DNA of 62,716 nucleotides, counting the filler, from Stramenopiles sp. TOSAG23-6 (Eukaryota), in the NCBI GenBank assembly GCA_900128565.1. It is 20 parts of 20 records of this genome, joined end to end, with 100 filler letters (N's around TTAATTAATTAA, not from the genome) between each part and the next. Parts side by side here need not be neighbours in the genome. Positions count along the whole stretch, not along the records: positions 12,608 to 15,655 come from LT637679.1; positions 15,756 to 18,801 come from LT637680.1; positions 18,902 to 21,947 come from LT637681.1; positions 22,048 to 25,091 come from LT637682.1; 16 more parts are not named here. One strand, given 5' to 3'. The position numbers and the translations under genes are program-made. Of this stretch, positions 12,610-25,002 are shown piece after piece (position 1 is the first letter of the stretch; each line of letters begins with the position of its first letter). The notes below the pieces were generated by a model, which was given only the letters and a program-made list of their open reading frames with translations, ran no database searches and had not been told where the DNA came from.

Positions 12610-12960
12610 CAATTAAATCTTGGTTATTGCTATTTTCATGGTCATGGTGTCGTTCAAGACAAAAAAGAAGCTTTCAAGTGGTTTACTAAATCTGCTAATT
12701 TAGGTAATAGCAAAGCACAATATGGTCTTGGTCGTTGCTATTATAATGGTCATGGTGTCGCTCAAGACAAAAAAGAAGCTATCAAGTGGTGTACTAAATC
12801 AGCTAATTTAGGTGATAGTGAAGCACAATATGATCTTGGTCGTTGCTATTTAAAAGGTAGTAATGGTGTTGCTAAAGACAAAAAAGAAGCTTTCAAGTGG
12901 TTGACTAAATCAGCGAATGCCGGAAATAGTAAAGCACAACAAATGTTAAGAGAAGTTTGA
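12610..12960 (+). CDS. SEL1-repeat (TPR-like) protein, C-terminal part
   Basis: Translated by eye: AQYGLGRCYYNGHGVAQDKKEAIKWCTKSANLG repeats ending at TGA 12958-12960; not in the ORF track because it lacks a start codon. Confidence 0.85.
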   Translation, partial: QLNLGYCYFHGHGVVQDKKEAFKWFTKSANLGNSKAQYGLGRCYYNGHGVAQDKKEAIKWCTKSANLGDSEAQYDLGRCYLKGSNGVAKDKKEAFKWLTKSANAGNSKAQQMLREV

Positions 12961-13181
12961 TGAAAGTCTTGAAATGTATTTCTACTTACCAAAGTTAAAT
13001 ATATTATAATTGTTGAATATATTATAATTTGATAATATACAGAATAAAAAAAGTATAAAAATCATTATCTATTGTATACCATTTTTTGTTTTTCCAATGA
13101 ATATTTTTATTTCAACAAAACCTAAAAATATCATTCTATAAATATCTGTTCAATACTCCTACTGTACTGCATACATCAATA

Positions 13182-14996
13182 CTACTGTACTGCTTGAAAA
13201 TCCAACTTTCTTCTTTGTAAGTCTGTTGCTTGTTTCCAATGATTCCGTAAATGTTGTTGTATTTTTTCTTTGTGTTGTTTTCTTTGTTGTCGATCTATTA
13301 TTAGATGTCTATGTACTTGATCTAGATAATATCTTTGATCTTTGATATCTCGATCTCTCATTCTTCTCTTTGCTCTTTCTTTGTCACGAACCTGTTTGTC
13401 AAGAGCACGCCGCAAACTTCTTTGAACTCGAGCTGCTTTTCGTTTATCTTTTTCGGTCACTTTAGATTTCATTGGCCTGTACTATAAGGAAAATACTACA
13501 AGTATGTTTTATTATGCAACGCCCAGGGTCCGGATCCGTCATAAAACGTCGTGAAGCATCCCGTTGTGCATCAATTTTAGCTTTGGCTTGTGCCTGTGCT
13601 ATTATATAATCACGATTTTCTTTTCTATTTTGACGTGACATTGCTAATTTTGATCTATGAGCAGCTTCCGATCGTTTACGTCTTCTCTGAATTTCCAAAT
13701 CGCTTTGTTGAAGCCTTTTTTTCTCTTCATCAAATGCTTTAGTCTGACGTTGGTATGCGATACTAATGGCATGATCTCTCAAATGAGAATTTCTATACAG
13801 TCTTTCCTGTGCATGTGATCTATGCTCGGGAATGAGAAATCGTGGTAGGACATCTCGGGCTGCTCTTGGACCTATTTTTTTAGGAAATATTTCAAAATGT
13901 TTTCATATATTAAGTTATGTTTCGTCCAACATAATTACATCTATAAAAAATTTAAAAAAAAAACCCATCAAGTCGTAAAAAACAAAAGTGTAAAGTGAAG
14001 AAAAGAAGAAGAAAAGAAGAAGAGAAAAACGTACAATGATCTGAAATTTTTGTATCTAAAATATTCAATAAATCACCTAATTGCATATCACTCATACTAT
14101 TTGTTATAGGCATTTTAGGTGTTTTTGTATACAGTTCTTGCGACATTTGATGTATATTATTCGAATTCTTGTTCAGGCCATTCTTACTTTTTGTTTTTTT
14201 CCTTTCTTTATATCCATTAGAACCATTAGTTGCACGAGATGATGTTCCATGAGCAGCTTCACGGACATCACTCAGAAAATGATCAGCAGTATCTACTTCT
14301 TTTTTTTTATCAAGCCCAGGAGTACCAAAATCATCCTCAGGTCCGTTTTTTGTCGTATTATCCCCTTTTGGTAATGGTAGTAAGCCAACCACTGGTTTAC
14401 CAGAAATCTCATAGCCATTCATATCTGCCTTGTCCTGAAAAAGTTGTGCAGTTGCCGACATGGAATGTGTTACTGGTCGATTTCGTGATGCTTCAGGATC
14501 CTGTTGGAACATATCTCGGGCATCTGCAACATTGAAACGAAATCCCATGAAACCTCGTTTCGCGAAAATAATACCAATACCAGGGAAATCAACTTGTAGG
14601 TGATGACCCTGACGTGCAAGACGACCAATGTGTTCAAGCATCCTACTTATTGCAATCCGTGCTTTATGCCATTAAAATTATGATTTTAATAGTAAATTTT
14701 ATTCGTACAACTACATAATTAGCATCAACAGAGGGAGCTTCTGAAGGAAGTGGATGTTCTCGTGTACGCAGGCCTCGTTTAAAAGTTGCGTCTAATCGGA
14801 AAACAAGTTTGTGAGTCTTTTTAATTATACAAAAACGACCAAAATTTGGAATTCGTACGCCTCTTCCGTTTCCGGTCTTTTCGCGTACAAATTCGGCTAA
14901 AGCATTCCATGCAGCTGCATTTGACTCTTCTACATCATTTATAAGGTCGGCTAAAGAATAATGTGTCTTTGATTCATTTTGTTGAGCGTCTGACAT
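13182..14996 (-). CDS. CCDC81-like protein (two HU-like domains plus coiled coil), multi-exon
   Basis: WNAL..FV...GRGVRIPNFGRF and second domain VDFPGIG, followed by long coiled coils; exon joins partly unresolved. Confidence 0.6.
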
Positions 14997-15314
14997 TGTA
15001 TATTTTCCCACACTTTTTGTATTAATGAAAAAAATGTCAGAAAGATCTTGAAGAGATACTAGTACTTTATATAATCCAGAAACGTAACGTTATTTTTTTT
15101 AAATGAAAAACACGAAATATTTTAAAAGAAAATTGGTACGTTAAACAATCAATGTTACAACAGATCCTTGTAGTACACTTCCCAATTGTTCGATCGACTG
15201 TACTTGCGCGCATAGGGTTTTACTGGCCTTTTGTTGCATCTCATAGAACTTTTATAATAGTTGACTTGAATTCCTGTTTATTTCACTTTTATTAATGCCA
15301 AAGATTCATAGACA

Positions 15315-15655
15315 ATGAATCATAAAGCTCCAGATCATCTGTATTGTCCACTGACAAAAAAAGTTTTCGTTGATCCTGTTCTTGCTTCAGATGGCAATAC
15401 ATACGAACGCGCTGCAATTGCAGAGCATATGCTTATCAATAACAAATCACCCCTTACGGGTAAAACCTTCTCGCATTCACATTTAACTCAAAATAATATG
15501 TGTAAAATGGAGTGTGAGTTATACCCCGCTACGTATACTATAGAAGAATTATGGCAACAAACGTCAAGAGCCAAAAACCCAACTAAACTTCTCGAAGTCT
15601 TGAACAGCATCACAAAAAAGGTCACCGAGTCCCGCAAAAATATTATTCATTTACC
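15315..15655 (+). CDS. U-box domain protein, 3' partial
   Basis: PDHLYCPLTKKVFVDPVLASDGNTYERAAI...SPLT. Confidence 0.9.
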
Positions 15656-16390
15656 NNNNNNNNNNNNNNNNNNNNNNNNNNNNNNNNNNNNNNNNNNNNT
15701 TAATTAATTAANNNNNNNNNNNNNNNNNNNNNNNNNNNNNNNNNNNNNNNNNNNNGTTGTTGTACGAAACCCTAACAATTCCAGATACTTTTTGTTAAGA
15801 AATTCTAGTCGGTTAAGAAATTCTAGTCGGTCATCTTTTTTTTTTTTAATGCATACAATACCACTACTGGATGTTTTAATTTTTCCTCATTTTACTACAA
15901 ATGTGACAGTGTATTTGAATGAAATTTCTGCAAAACATTGCAGAATAAACCAATACAATACTATATATAAAGGAATATTTTCTAAAAATTCATTTTTTAT
16001 TAAAAAAATATATATTTTTGTACTGATGCATCAAGAGGGTGGTCCAAAAACAGATAAATTTAATATCATCTTACTAATTGTCACACTTAAAACGTTTTAT
16101 ACCAAATTTTTTACCTAACAAAAAAAATGTCGAAAATGAAAAATTTCATGTCCCTGAAGATTATAAAAAGAATTATTCTATATTTATTTTGACACAAAAA
16201 TAAAAATACATCTACAATCCTCACATATCAAAACAAATAGCGGGTGTTCTACAAGCATATTCTCTTATTTATTTACAAAAAACAACTGTGTGGAAAACAC
16301 ACTGAAAACTAACATTCAGTGTTTTTAATAATAATCATATGCATGTCAGTCCAACAATTGGATATTTACAAACATATTATCTAAGCTACA

Positions 16391-18801
16391 TTAAAACCAT
16401 GTTCCTGTTGCATTATCAGCGTTGTCAGAATGTCCTTGCACAGTTATTTCTTTAGTTTCATTAGTTTCATTAGTTTCATTAGTTTCATTAGTTTCATCTT
16501 TTAATGAATTTTCACTTTTGGAACTATCAGTGTAATACTCCATGGATGAATCATTTTTCAGGTGGTATTCATGAATTTTTTCTCTTATATGAGGAATCAT
16601 CAAAAAGGTTACCAAACACCCGTATAAAAGGCCTAAACTATTTGACACTATCAAAACGGAACCTAGGCTATGTGATTCCGAACTCACCAAACCACCTGAT
16701 ATCAGTAAATTAGTATAAAATGTGAACAGCGTCAAAGAAAGTAGTAATATCTGGAGGCTTAAATCTCCCAAACGTTTAAATGGCATTACAAATGCGCATA
16801 TACTTAAAAACAACATACTAATACCAACAGAAACAGAATTACGATAGTGTAGAGGAATGCTTGTGAGAAAACCCGTCATCAATGCTTTTCTAAGCATTTC
16901 CACAAATTCATACCACCATACACGACTACGATAATTCAGAAACAATCCCCCGTATTGCTGTATGTAAACCCCATAAATATGACGCATCCCTGCATTACTT
17001 CGAAGAGCTAAATACATGTCGTCACTCATATCATCTTCAGAAATTAACCAATAACGAACTCGATAAAGCAGAAAAAAACCAAACATAGGGATACCAAAAA
17101 CGTAAAGCACTATACAAATCATTGATATTGTTGATAAAAGAACATAGTCATCTCCAAAACATTCGACACTAATGTCTGCGAAAAGGTACCCTTTCCCATT
17201 AATTGTTAAACAATTAAAAGCACTAAAACATTTCATACACAATCCAGGATACATTATAAAAATAATACTAGTCATTGCCCCTTTAGCTACAGTAAGAGTA
17301 CTATCCCTGGTAAACTTTGCTTTTTTTCCCAGACACAGCTTTAGGCAAATGGCATTGATGTATGCTAAAAAGATTATAATGCCAAGAGCTGGCAAAAGTG
17401 CCATATGGCTATAAAATTTATACTTGAAATCAGATTGTAATGCACATGGATCCAAAAGAGGAAAAAGTTCTGTGTAATCCAGATTTACAATTCCAAAAGA
17501 ATTCACCTGACTTTGAAACTCCTCAGGTTGCTCTTCACCGGAGGTGTGTTTCAATTGCGACATCACCTGTAAAAAGCTAATAATCAATTTCACCGTTGAT
17601 TGTAATTCTCCCCAGTACTGAGCGTGACTTTTCTCTCTACCACCCTTATTGGCCTTCTTACCAACAAGCTGGCGGCGACGCATTCGTTTAGCCTTTTCTT
17701 CTCGAGATATGTGTATACCTAGTGCTTGTTTTCTATAAAAGTGCTCCATAATTTTGTTTTCACCTTTGTTTTGCGAAAGTACTGTCTTAATACTGGAATG
17801 CAGTGACTTTGCCTTCTTTAAAGTTGTCAGTTTTCTTCTTATGGAACCCAATGCATGAGCACTATTTATATTCTGCTTCTTTTCAAAATTACTCATAATA
17901 AAGTTCTTTCGAATGGCTTTCTGCATTTTAAGCTTTAATTGTTGGCGCTTAAGCATAGCATCTTCATTGTAGATTTTGGGGTCCGCTTTTGAAGTCATTA
18001 GTAGCAACAGCATAATATAGGCACCAATGGCAAGTCCATAGAGAAGTATATTCGATGAATTTTCCTGTTGTGCATTATCTGTGCAATCCACGCATATAGG
18101 ATTGTTAAAGGCCCACTCTGCACCCGATTTACATCCATTCTTCCACTTTTCTGTACACGAATCTTTGCAGACATTATCAGCATCTTTACACTTGGCTAAA
18201 CATAAATCATATTTCTTCTGGGAACAGCATAATGCACATAGCGGACCAGTATGCCCTTCACGGCAATTTCTTCCATTTGGGTTTGGATGGGGTCTATCCA
18301 GTCCACCAAGGCACAAAGCAGTAGCATATTTTGGAGGTACNTAGTCTCCACAATAATATGGTGAAAAGTTTTCTGGTTTATCCTTAAAGTACTCTCTGAT
18401 TTGCCAATATCCAGGCTCTAAATGTACTTCACGTGCTGGATCATCTGTAAAGAGAGCCAAACCACCTGAACAATGTCCAACAGAGCTACAAGAAGATTCA
18501 AAACTATTGCATTTGCACATTGTTCCTTTTGGGCACTTTGTACACTGAATGGCAAATGTTTCTAAACCTTGAAGCATTTCAACTTTAACATCAACAGCAG
18601 AGGATAAGGAATGACGTGAAATTGCTGAAGTAATATATGATTGGGTTACTACTTCATTTACAACTGTAGTATTTTCACACTGTTGCTGTGTTACAACTCC
18701 TGTGGTCCCTACTTTCAAGTATCCAAAGAAAGTTGATGGACATTCACATCGATCGTGAGAACCAGTTGCCAAGGCTAAGTTGCCGGGACATTCAGATGGA
18801 G
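16391..18801 (-). CDS. cysteine-rich ectodomain multi-pass membrane protein (GCC2/Ephrin-receptor-like plus 7TM-like region), 5' partial
   Basis: CTKCPKG, LEPGYW, CREGHTGPLCALC, KLIISFLQV, YLFADISVEC, WWYEFVEMLRK; about 7-9 hydrophobic helices. Confidence 0.75.
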
Positions 18802-19001
18802 NNNNNNNNNNNNNNNNNNNNNNNNNNNNNNNNNNNNNNNNNNNNTTAATTAATTAANNNNNNNNNNNNNNNNNNNNNNNNNNNNNNNNNNNNNNNNNNN
18901 NTACGTTTCCATGATACATTTCAAATATTTTTTTTTCGTACGAAATTCCGTACCTAACGATTTTTTGTTTTACTAAAAAAAAATATTTTTTCACAATACA
19001 T

Positions 19002-19635
19002 CCAAAGTCTATAATTTTCCTTACATGTGATGCATTTGGTGTACTACCACCTGTTGCTAAATTATCAAATGGACAAGCTATGTATGTTTTTTTTTTCAAT
19101 TTCGAATTTTGTTTTCGTATGAAAATTTGTACCTAACAAATTTAAGTTTTTTTTTTGTATCTACTACAAGAAAAATTGGAGAAACATGATTCGAATGCTT
19201 ATCTAGTTAATACTGGATGGACAGGTGGTGCATATGGTGTCGGGGAGCGAATGTTCGTTTCCATGATACATTTCGAATATATATATTTTTTTTTTTTTAT
19301 AGTAAATTTTGTACCTAACAACTTTTTGTGTTTTTCGGTAAAAAAAAAATATTTTTTCACAATTTATGTCTATCAAAGAGACAAGAGCTTGTATTGATTC
19401 AATTCTTGATGGTTCAATTTCTAATTCGACTTTTGTAAATGATTCTATATTTGGTTTCCAAATCCCACAAGGTTTACCAGGCGTATCAGCTGATGTATGC
19501 AATCCTCGAAATGCATGGGATGATAAAAACTCATATGATGTTCAAGCTGCAAAATTGGCTGATATGTTTCGTGAAAATTTCAAAAAATATTCAGAACCTG
19601 GAGTCACTGATTATACTGAATTTGGACCAAAGTAA
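19002..19635 (+). CDS. PCK1: phosphoenolpyruvate carboxykinase (ATP), C-terminal exons
   Basis: [21 protein letters not shown]...[44 protein letters not shown]. Confidence 0.92.
19253..19367 (+). other. non-canonical GT-AT intron (family member)
   Basis: CGA AT|GTTCG...GTACCTAAC...CACAATTTAT|G TCT ATC restores conserved G-x-R-M-S-I. Confidence 0.85.
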
Positions 19636-19795
19636 AAGATATGCTTCGTACACTTTAGGTGGATGAATTCTTTATTTTAGATATTGGATGGAGAGCGTAA
19701 ATGAGAAAAAAGATATTTTATGCTCATGTATATAAATTTTTTCTAATTTTGGAATTTGAAACTTTATTTGAAATTTTATAATTGACAAAATAGAT

Positions 19796-20470
19796 TTACT
19801 TTGTTTTTATATTTTTGTTGTTCGCATCGTCTAGAAAATCGTATAGATAATGTTTTAATGTTCCACAGCTTGACACTAGTGCAACTGCAAATGCAATATA
19901 AATACCAAGATGAAACGTTGTATATGAATATTGAGTAATATTATATGTATTGTATGGATCACTAGAGACGATAAATTTGTAGAATTCACCATAAGCAATT
20001 GTCGAAAAGGCAGGGATAATATACTTTGACAATGTGTTACTGCCTCTATATATGCGAATAAAATATTTTTTGTGATTAAACAGATCAACCAAGTGAAATA
20101 AAACTGGAGCAACATGCATTAAAAAACTTCGAAGCCAGCCAAACCAGTGACCTAATTTATAGAAAGCAGCAATTGAGTTCTCTAAATCTGGATTACCTGA
20201 AAGAGTCCATATATATCCAAATAAAACACCGTACGATAATATAAAAGAAAATCCATGCATAAATCGTGAAACTGATTGTGGAGTAGACTTGAGGTCGAAC
20301 TCAAACCAAATGGAGTGGATTAAGAGACTCCATAGAGTAAAATGCGACACTGACCTTAGTTTTACATCTACTGAACTTTTGGTGAAAAGCGTGTCAAAAA
20401 TACCTATTCCTGCGAATAGGTAAAATGCAACGCGACGTGGCCGTGTAAAGTGCACCCAAAGGGAATTCAT
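19796..20470 (-). CDS. multi-pass membrane protein, FAR-17a/AIG1-like
   Basis: About 6 TM helices; HFTLWS and MHVAP motifs resemble the AIG1 Thr/His sites. Confidence 0.5.
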   Translation of the reverse strand: MNSLWVHFTRPRRVAFYLFAGIGIFDTLFTKSSVDVKLRSVSHFTLWSLLIHSIWFEFDLKSTPQSVSRFMHGFSFILSYGVLFGYIWTLSGNPDLENSIAAFYKLGHWFGWLRSFLMHVAPVLFHLVDLFNHKKYFIRIYRGSNTLSKYIIPAFSTIAYGEFYKFIVSSDPYNTYNITQYSYTTFHLGIYIAFAVALVSSCGTLKHYLYDFLDDANNKNIKTK

Positions 20471-20785
20471 TACTTAAAAATATTAGATTATAAATGTACT
20501 ATTTTAATTGGATCTCGATAGGTGTATATGTGTCAAGTTGTCAACTTCAAGTCACTCACTTCAAGTTGTCAACAACACGAAATCTTCATTAAAAAAAAAA
20601 AGTGAATGTTTATGATTTTTGTCATCTATAAAATAATAATTAAATCAAACATTCGAAAAATTCAAAATTATAAATGTAATGAGTACTTATCATTCCTCCC
20701 AAAAAAATAATAGATAAAAAATATTCCCACAATGATTTTATAATACTAGAATAAAAAAAAACTAAAAAAAACAAAAAAAAACGAA

Positions 20786-21894
20786 TCATGACGTTGTAGA
20801 TGATTCTGCGCAAGGAAGTTTTGACATAAAAATTCCCTTATCTTTTCGTTTCTTTTCAGCTTCAAACACGATTGAATTCACATAAATATCATCAAAACTT
20901 TCTCCCAACATGAAGACATCATGTCCTGACGACTGATTTGTGATTGAAATAACTTGTCGTGGTTGTACTCTAATATACCCATTTGTTCTCATCATTTGAC
21001 ATGTATTTTGGAAAAGAAATTCAAAAAAAACTAAAAAAAATTGTTAGGTACAAAATTTACTATATTACTATAAAAAAAAAATTTCAAATTAAAAAAAAAA
21101 AAAACGTACATAATAAAAAAAAAAAAACGTACATAATAAATCACGTTTAGGTTCCTCCCATGCGTGTTCTATCATCCAGACTCCCACAGTATGACTATGG
21201 AAAGGAAATTTTTTCAGAATTTCAAATTCACTGCCCTCCGTATCTATTGAAATGAAATCAATAAAGAAAGGTATGTTCAAATTGTTCTGATCTAATATTG
21301 TATCTATTGTTTCTGTCATCATTTTCTTTTTTCTGCCGTTTGCTTGTCTATTGGCTTCTTCCCGACGAGTTTGCCTTGACATCAAGTTTTCTATACCTCC
21401 CAAAGCATTAGCCATTGTGAAGAGAACCTCTTTTTTTTTGTCTGCTAAAACAATATGAAGTAGCGTACAGTGACGCTTGTCAAAATTATGTGGGAATGGT
21501 TCAATACAAATTCCTTGCCAACCTAGTTGTTCAAATAGTAAAGAATTTGAAAGATGTTGTCCATCATTTGCACCAATGTCAATAAAGAAATGTTGTATTT
21601 GACTTTCTATTTGTTGTTTCATGAGTATATTACGTGCTTCAGAAATAGAAGGCAGCAAACTTAACACACAAGCATCTTGTCCTACTTGGCTATGAATTGT
21701 AAGAACGTAATCAGTACGAATGTCACTACCAGAATAAAAATATTCTTTTCGACATGTTTCTGCAGATGTACAGGTTTTATCGCGTTTATCTATATCTATC
21801 TTTACCAAGTCAATATACTCTTGAACTATATGTAATACGTCACGTTGACACTGTGCTGTCCAATCTACAGTGGTCCCAGGACTATTAATATAAC
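20786..21894 (-). CDS. FkbM-family methyltransferase, 5' partial, spliced
   Basis: SQVGQD, FFIDIGANDG..SNS, GWQGICIEP, IDFISIDTEGSEFEIL; the last exon joins via intron 21001-21132. Confidence 0.85.
21001..21132 (-). other. non-canonical GT-AT intron with tandemly duplicated donor
   Basis: TTA T|GTACG...CCAAAATACAT|GT CAA ATG gives LLCQMMRTNGY; TTATTATGTACGTTT is repeated about 23 nt inside. Confidence 0.8.
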
Positions 21895-22047
21895 ATGTAT
21901 TTTGGAAAAATATTTCAAAAAAAAAAACTAAAATTTGTTAGGTACAANNNNNNNNNNNNNNNNNNNNNNNNNNNNNNNNNNNNNNNNNNNNTTAATTAAT
22001 TAANNNNNNNNNNNNNNNNNNNNNNNNNNNNNNNNNNNNNNNNNNNN

Positions 22048-22083
<36 letters not shown>

Positions 22084-22156
22084 TTTTTTTTTTTTATACC
22101 AAAATTTGTACCTAAGCCTAAAAGATTTTTTTTTTTTGAAATATTTCTCACAATAT

Positions 22157-22711
22157 TGTGTTGCACGTAAAACAGTCTATGATGATCAAGCAGATTACTA
22201 TGATATGTCACAATCCCATTGGTTATCAGAAAAAGAACAAATCGATGCAGCTCGTCAAGATACTATCAATAGAAAAAAATTACACACTAAAACACGAAAA
22301 AAAGTCGCTTTAGATTTAGCCTCTCGGAAATTTATAGAAATTGATGAAAATGATGATATAAACCCCAACCCTAGTCAAAACCCTAACCCTTCAAGTAAAG
22401 ATTATTTAGATTCAAATGTACAAATCGGTATTGGATTGCATAGACAAAATAATATACAATCAAATGTGTCATCTACAGTTGGTAATAGAAGAATATCAAA
22501 TATTCAAAATGCACCTATTACATTACGTAAAGTATACAAATTAATACGAAACCCTAACCCTAACCCTACTCAAGTGCAGGAAGAGAAACGAAATGTTATT
22601 GACAAGAATAGTAATAGTCATAAAACTAATGAGACTATTGTTGGTAATGAAACTATACGATCAAATCGTCTTCAACATGGTATGGAAAATGGTCCAAGTT
22701 TTTTGTGGTGA
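22157..22711 (+). CDS. activating signal cointegrator 1 (TRIP4/ASC-1)-like, last exon
   Basis: RKTVYDDQADYYD..SHWLSEKE...ALDL matches the TRIP4 post-zinc-finger motif. Confidence 0.7.
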   Translation, partial: CVARKTVYDDQADYYDMSQSHWLSEKEQIDAARQDTINRKKLHTKTRKKVALDLASRKFIEIDENDDINPNPSQNPNPSSKDYLDSNVQIGIGLHRQNNIQSNVSSTVGNRRISNIQNAPITLRKVYKLIRNPNPNPTQVQEEKRNVIDKNSNSHKTNETIVGNETIRSNRLQHGMENGPSFLW

Positions 22712-22799
22712 AATAAAAAAAAAAAAAAAAAAAATATGATTTTTTTTTTTTTTTTTTTATTATTTGTATTATTTTTTTGAATTCGTGTTTTGCTAAGGA

Positions 22800-25002
22800 C
22801 TAAAAATTATATCCAGCAGGCAAATATCGACTCAATATTTCATTATCTTGAATAGCTAATGCAACGTCTTCCACTTGACAACCTAATAAGAGACGTGGAA
22901 ATGGCATATATTGTATAAAAATTAAAAATTTCATTTTTTTTTAGTTAGGTACAAAATTTTGTATGAAAAAAAAAAAAATGTACATTCATCCTTACAACAA
23001 ACATTTTCGCTGGTTGTTGCAATTGTAATAATGAACTCTCAGCCAAGCGACGACTGATGCGAAGAACATCTTGAGGTCCTGGAATTTTTGATATTCCTTC
23101 CACACGCAACCTATCTTGTGAATATATATTTAGTGTTTTTACTGTTTTTTTAGTGTTTTTTTAGTATTTTTAGTGTTTTTAATATTTACAAAAAAAAAAA
23201 AAAAAATTTTTAATTTTACAAAATTTTACAAAATGTTACATTTTGGAAACACGTACAAGGTGTTAAATCGTCTCAATACACTCGTAAAATCAGCATAATC
23301 AACACCAGATTTTCGTAAATCAATGGCCAAGGCTACAATCCACATTTGTTCAAAATAAGGTGCCTCGGTAATGAATTTTGGAAAAATATTTCAAAAAAAT
23401 TATAAAAAAATTGTTAGGTACAAAATTTCGTACGAAAACCAAAAAAAAAAAATCGATTTTTTTTTTTTTTTGGTTTAAAAAAAAAAATTAAAAAATTTGA
23501 AAAAAAAAAAAATAAAACATACATATTCAGGATTTGCAGTTAGAAAGGAAAGAGATTTGTCCTGAATAACAAAATACCAAGATCCAGATGAAAGAGTACT
23601 AAATGGACTAGATCCAGAAGATAGATGAAAGTACAATGGAGTCCCATGTATTGTGAAAAAAACACGAATTTTACAAAAAAAAAAATATTGTTAGGTACGA
23701 AATTTTTTTACGAAATTTTTTTACGAAAAAAAAAAAAATAAATTAATAAATTCATGATGAAAACCGTACAGTACGTAAAGTCTTGAAATATTCTTTCTCA
23801 ACTGATATTGTATGTGTTGTAAAATTAATGTTTTTGTTTCTTTCAGGAAGACCTGCTTTAGTATCACCTATTTTGTGAAAAAATATTTCAAATTTTTTTT
23901 TTTTTTTTTTTTTTACCGAAAAAAAATCGTTAGGTACAAAATTTCGTACGAAAAAAAAAATTTGAAATCTGAAATATATTTAAAAAAAAAATAAACGTAC
24001 CAGGCATAGTTTCGTGGAATAATGGAATTACATTGTCAATTCCACCTGCAAGACCTTCAACAATATGTTCTAATTCTGAAGCGTTGTTGTCATACTCATG
24101 AACATTTAAATGGTGATGATTCACTTTTGTTATGGTTGGATGTGCATACCCAAAAGCAGCTGAGTAACCAACTTCGCACTTTGGTACTGACGTTTCAGTC
24201 CATGTATTGTGAAAAAAAAAAAAAAAAAAAATTTTGTTTAGGTACAAAATTTTTATAAAAAAAAAATTTAGACAAAAAATTGAAAAAAAAAAAAACATAC
24301 ATGTATCTGGAAGCCCATCAGGAGACTTGTATTGACATCCTCTAAAATTTGTACATACTTCATTTCCATCTTCATCATTGTAACAATGGGCACTAAACCC
24401 TCCAAATACAGTACAAGCCCAATATTCAGAGTTATACTGTTTATCTCCAGTCCCTCTTGTACTAATATGTATTTTGGAAAAATATTTAAAAAAAAAATTT
24501 TGAAAATTTGTTAGGTACAAAATTTTTATGAAAAACCAAAAAAAAAAAATTCGATTTTTTTTTTTTTTTTTTACCGAAAAAAAAAAAATAAAACATACAT
24601 ATGGAAACAATTTTTCTATACGACTACAGTTCGACGACTCATTTTCAATTTCTACCGTTACCCGGTTCATTCTTGGATGACAAGCTCCAATATCACATGA
24701 GCCACCTTCTCCTCTTTCACATGTATCACAATCTGAATCCCAACCAATGCAAGTATTGTGAAAAAATATTTTTTTTTTTTTGGATAATTTTTTTTTTGTT
24801 AGGTACGAAATTTCGTACGAAAAATTTTTTTTTTGATAAAAAATTTAATTTTGAAAATGTACAACACTTGGATGATTTTTTGAGTTGTGATTGATAGCAA
24901 GCACAGGAAGATTTGCAACCTTCTCGATTTGTTGCACAACTCCCCCAATGTGAGCTAGAATTATATTGCGGTAGTGTACACACTACTTTATTATTAGATA
25001 TC
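22800..25002 (-). CDS. intron-dense cysteine-rich hypothetical protein (about 9 exons), 5' partial
   Basis: A continuous peptide can be built across family introns (…KCCIGWDSDCDTC…LFPYISTRG…PDTWTE…MPGDTK…LRTGTP…RMNMPFP…YNF*); one junction near 23370 is unresolved. Confidence 0.6.
22908..22983 (-). other. GT-AT intron (family member)
   Basis: ATG AAT|GTACAT...GTACCTAAC...ACAATAT|ATG CCA TTT gives the longer, more protein-like last exon. Confidence 0.6.
23646..23769 (-). other. GT-AT intron (family member)
   Basis: CGT ACT|GTACGG...CACAATACAT|GGG ACT; the only stop-free frame in the following exon. Confidence 0.75.
23868..24000 (-). other. family intron with canonical AG end
   Basis: CCT G|GTACG...TTCGTACGAAATTTTGTACCTAAC...CACAAAATAG|GT GAT. 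Confidence 0.75.
24202..24300 (-). other. GT-AT intron (family member)
   Basis: ACA T|GTATG...CACAATACAT|GG ACT gives DTWTE. Confidence 0.75.
24467..24598 (-). other. GT-AT intron (family member)
   Basis: CCA TAT|GTATG...CCAAAATACAT|ATT AGT; 132 nt, in frame. Confidence 0.75.
24751..24862 (-). other. family intron with GT-TT ends
   Basis: TGT T|GTACAT...CACAATACTT|GC ATT GGT TGG; the nearby AT positions give out-of-frame stops. Confidence 0.65.
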
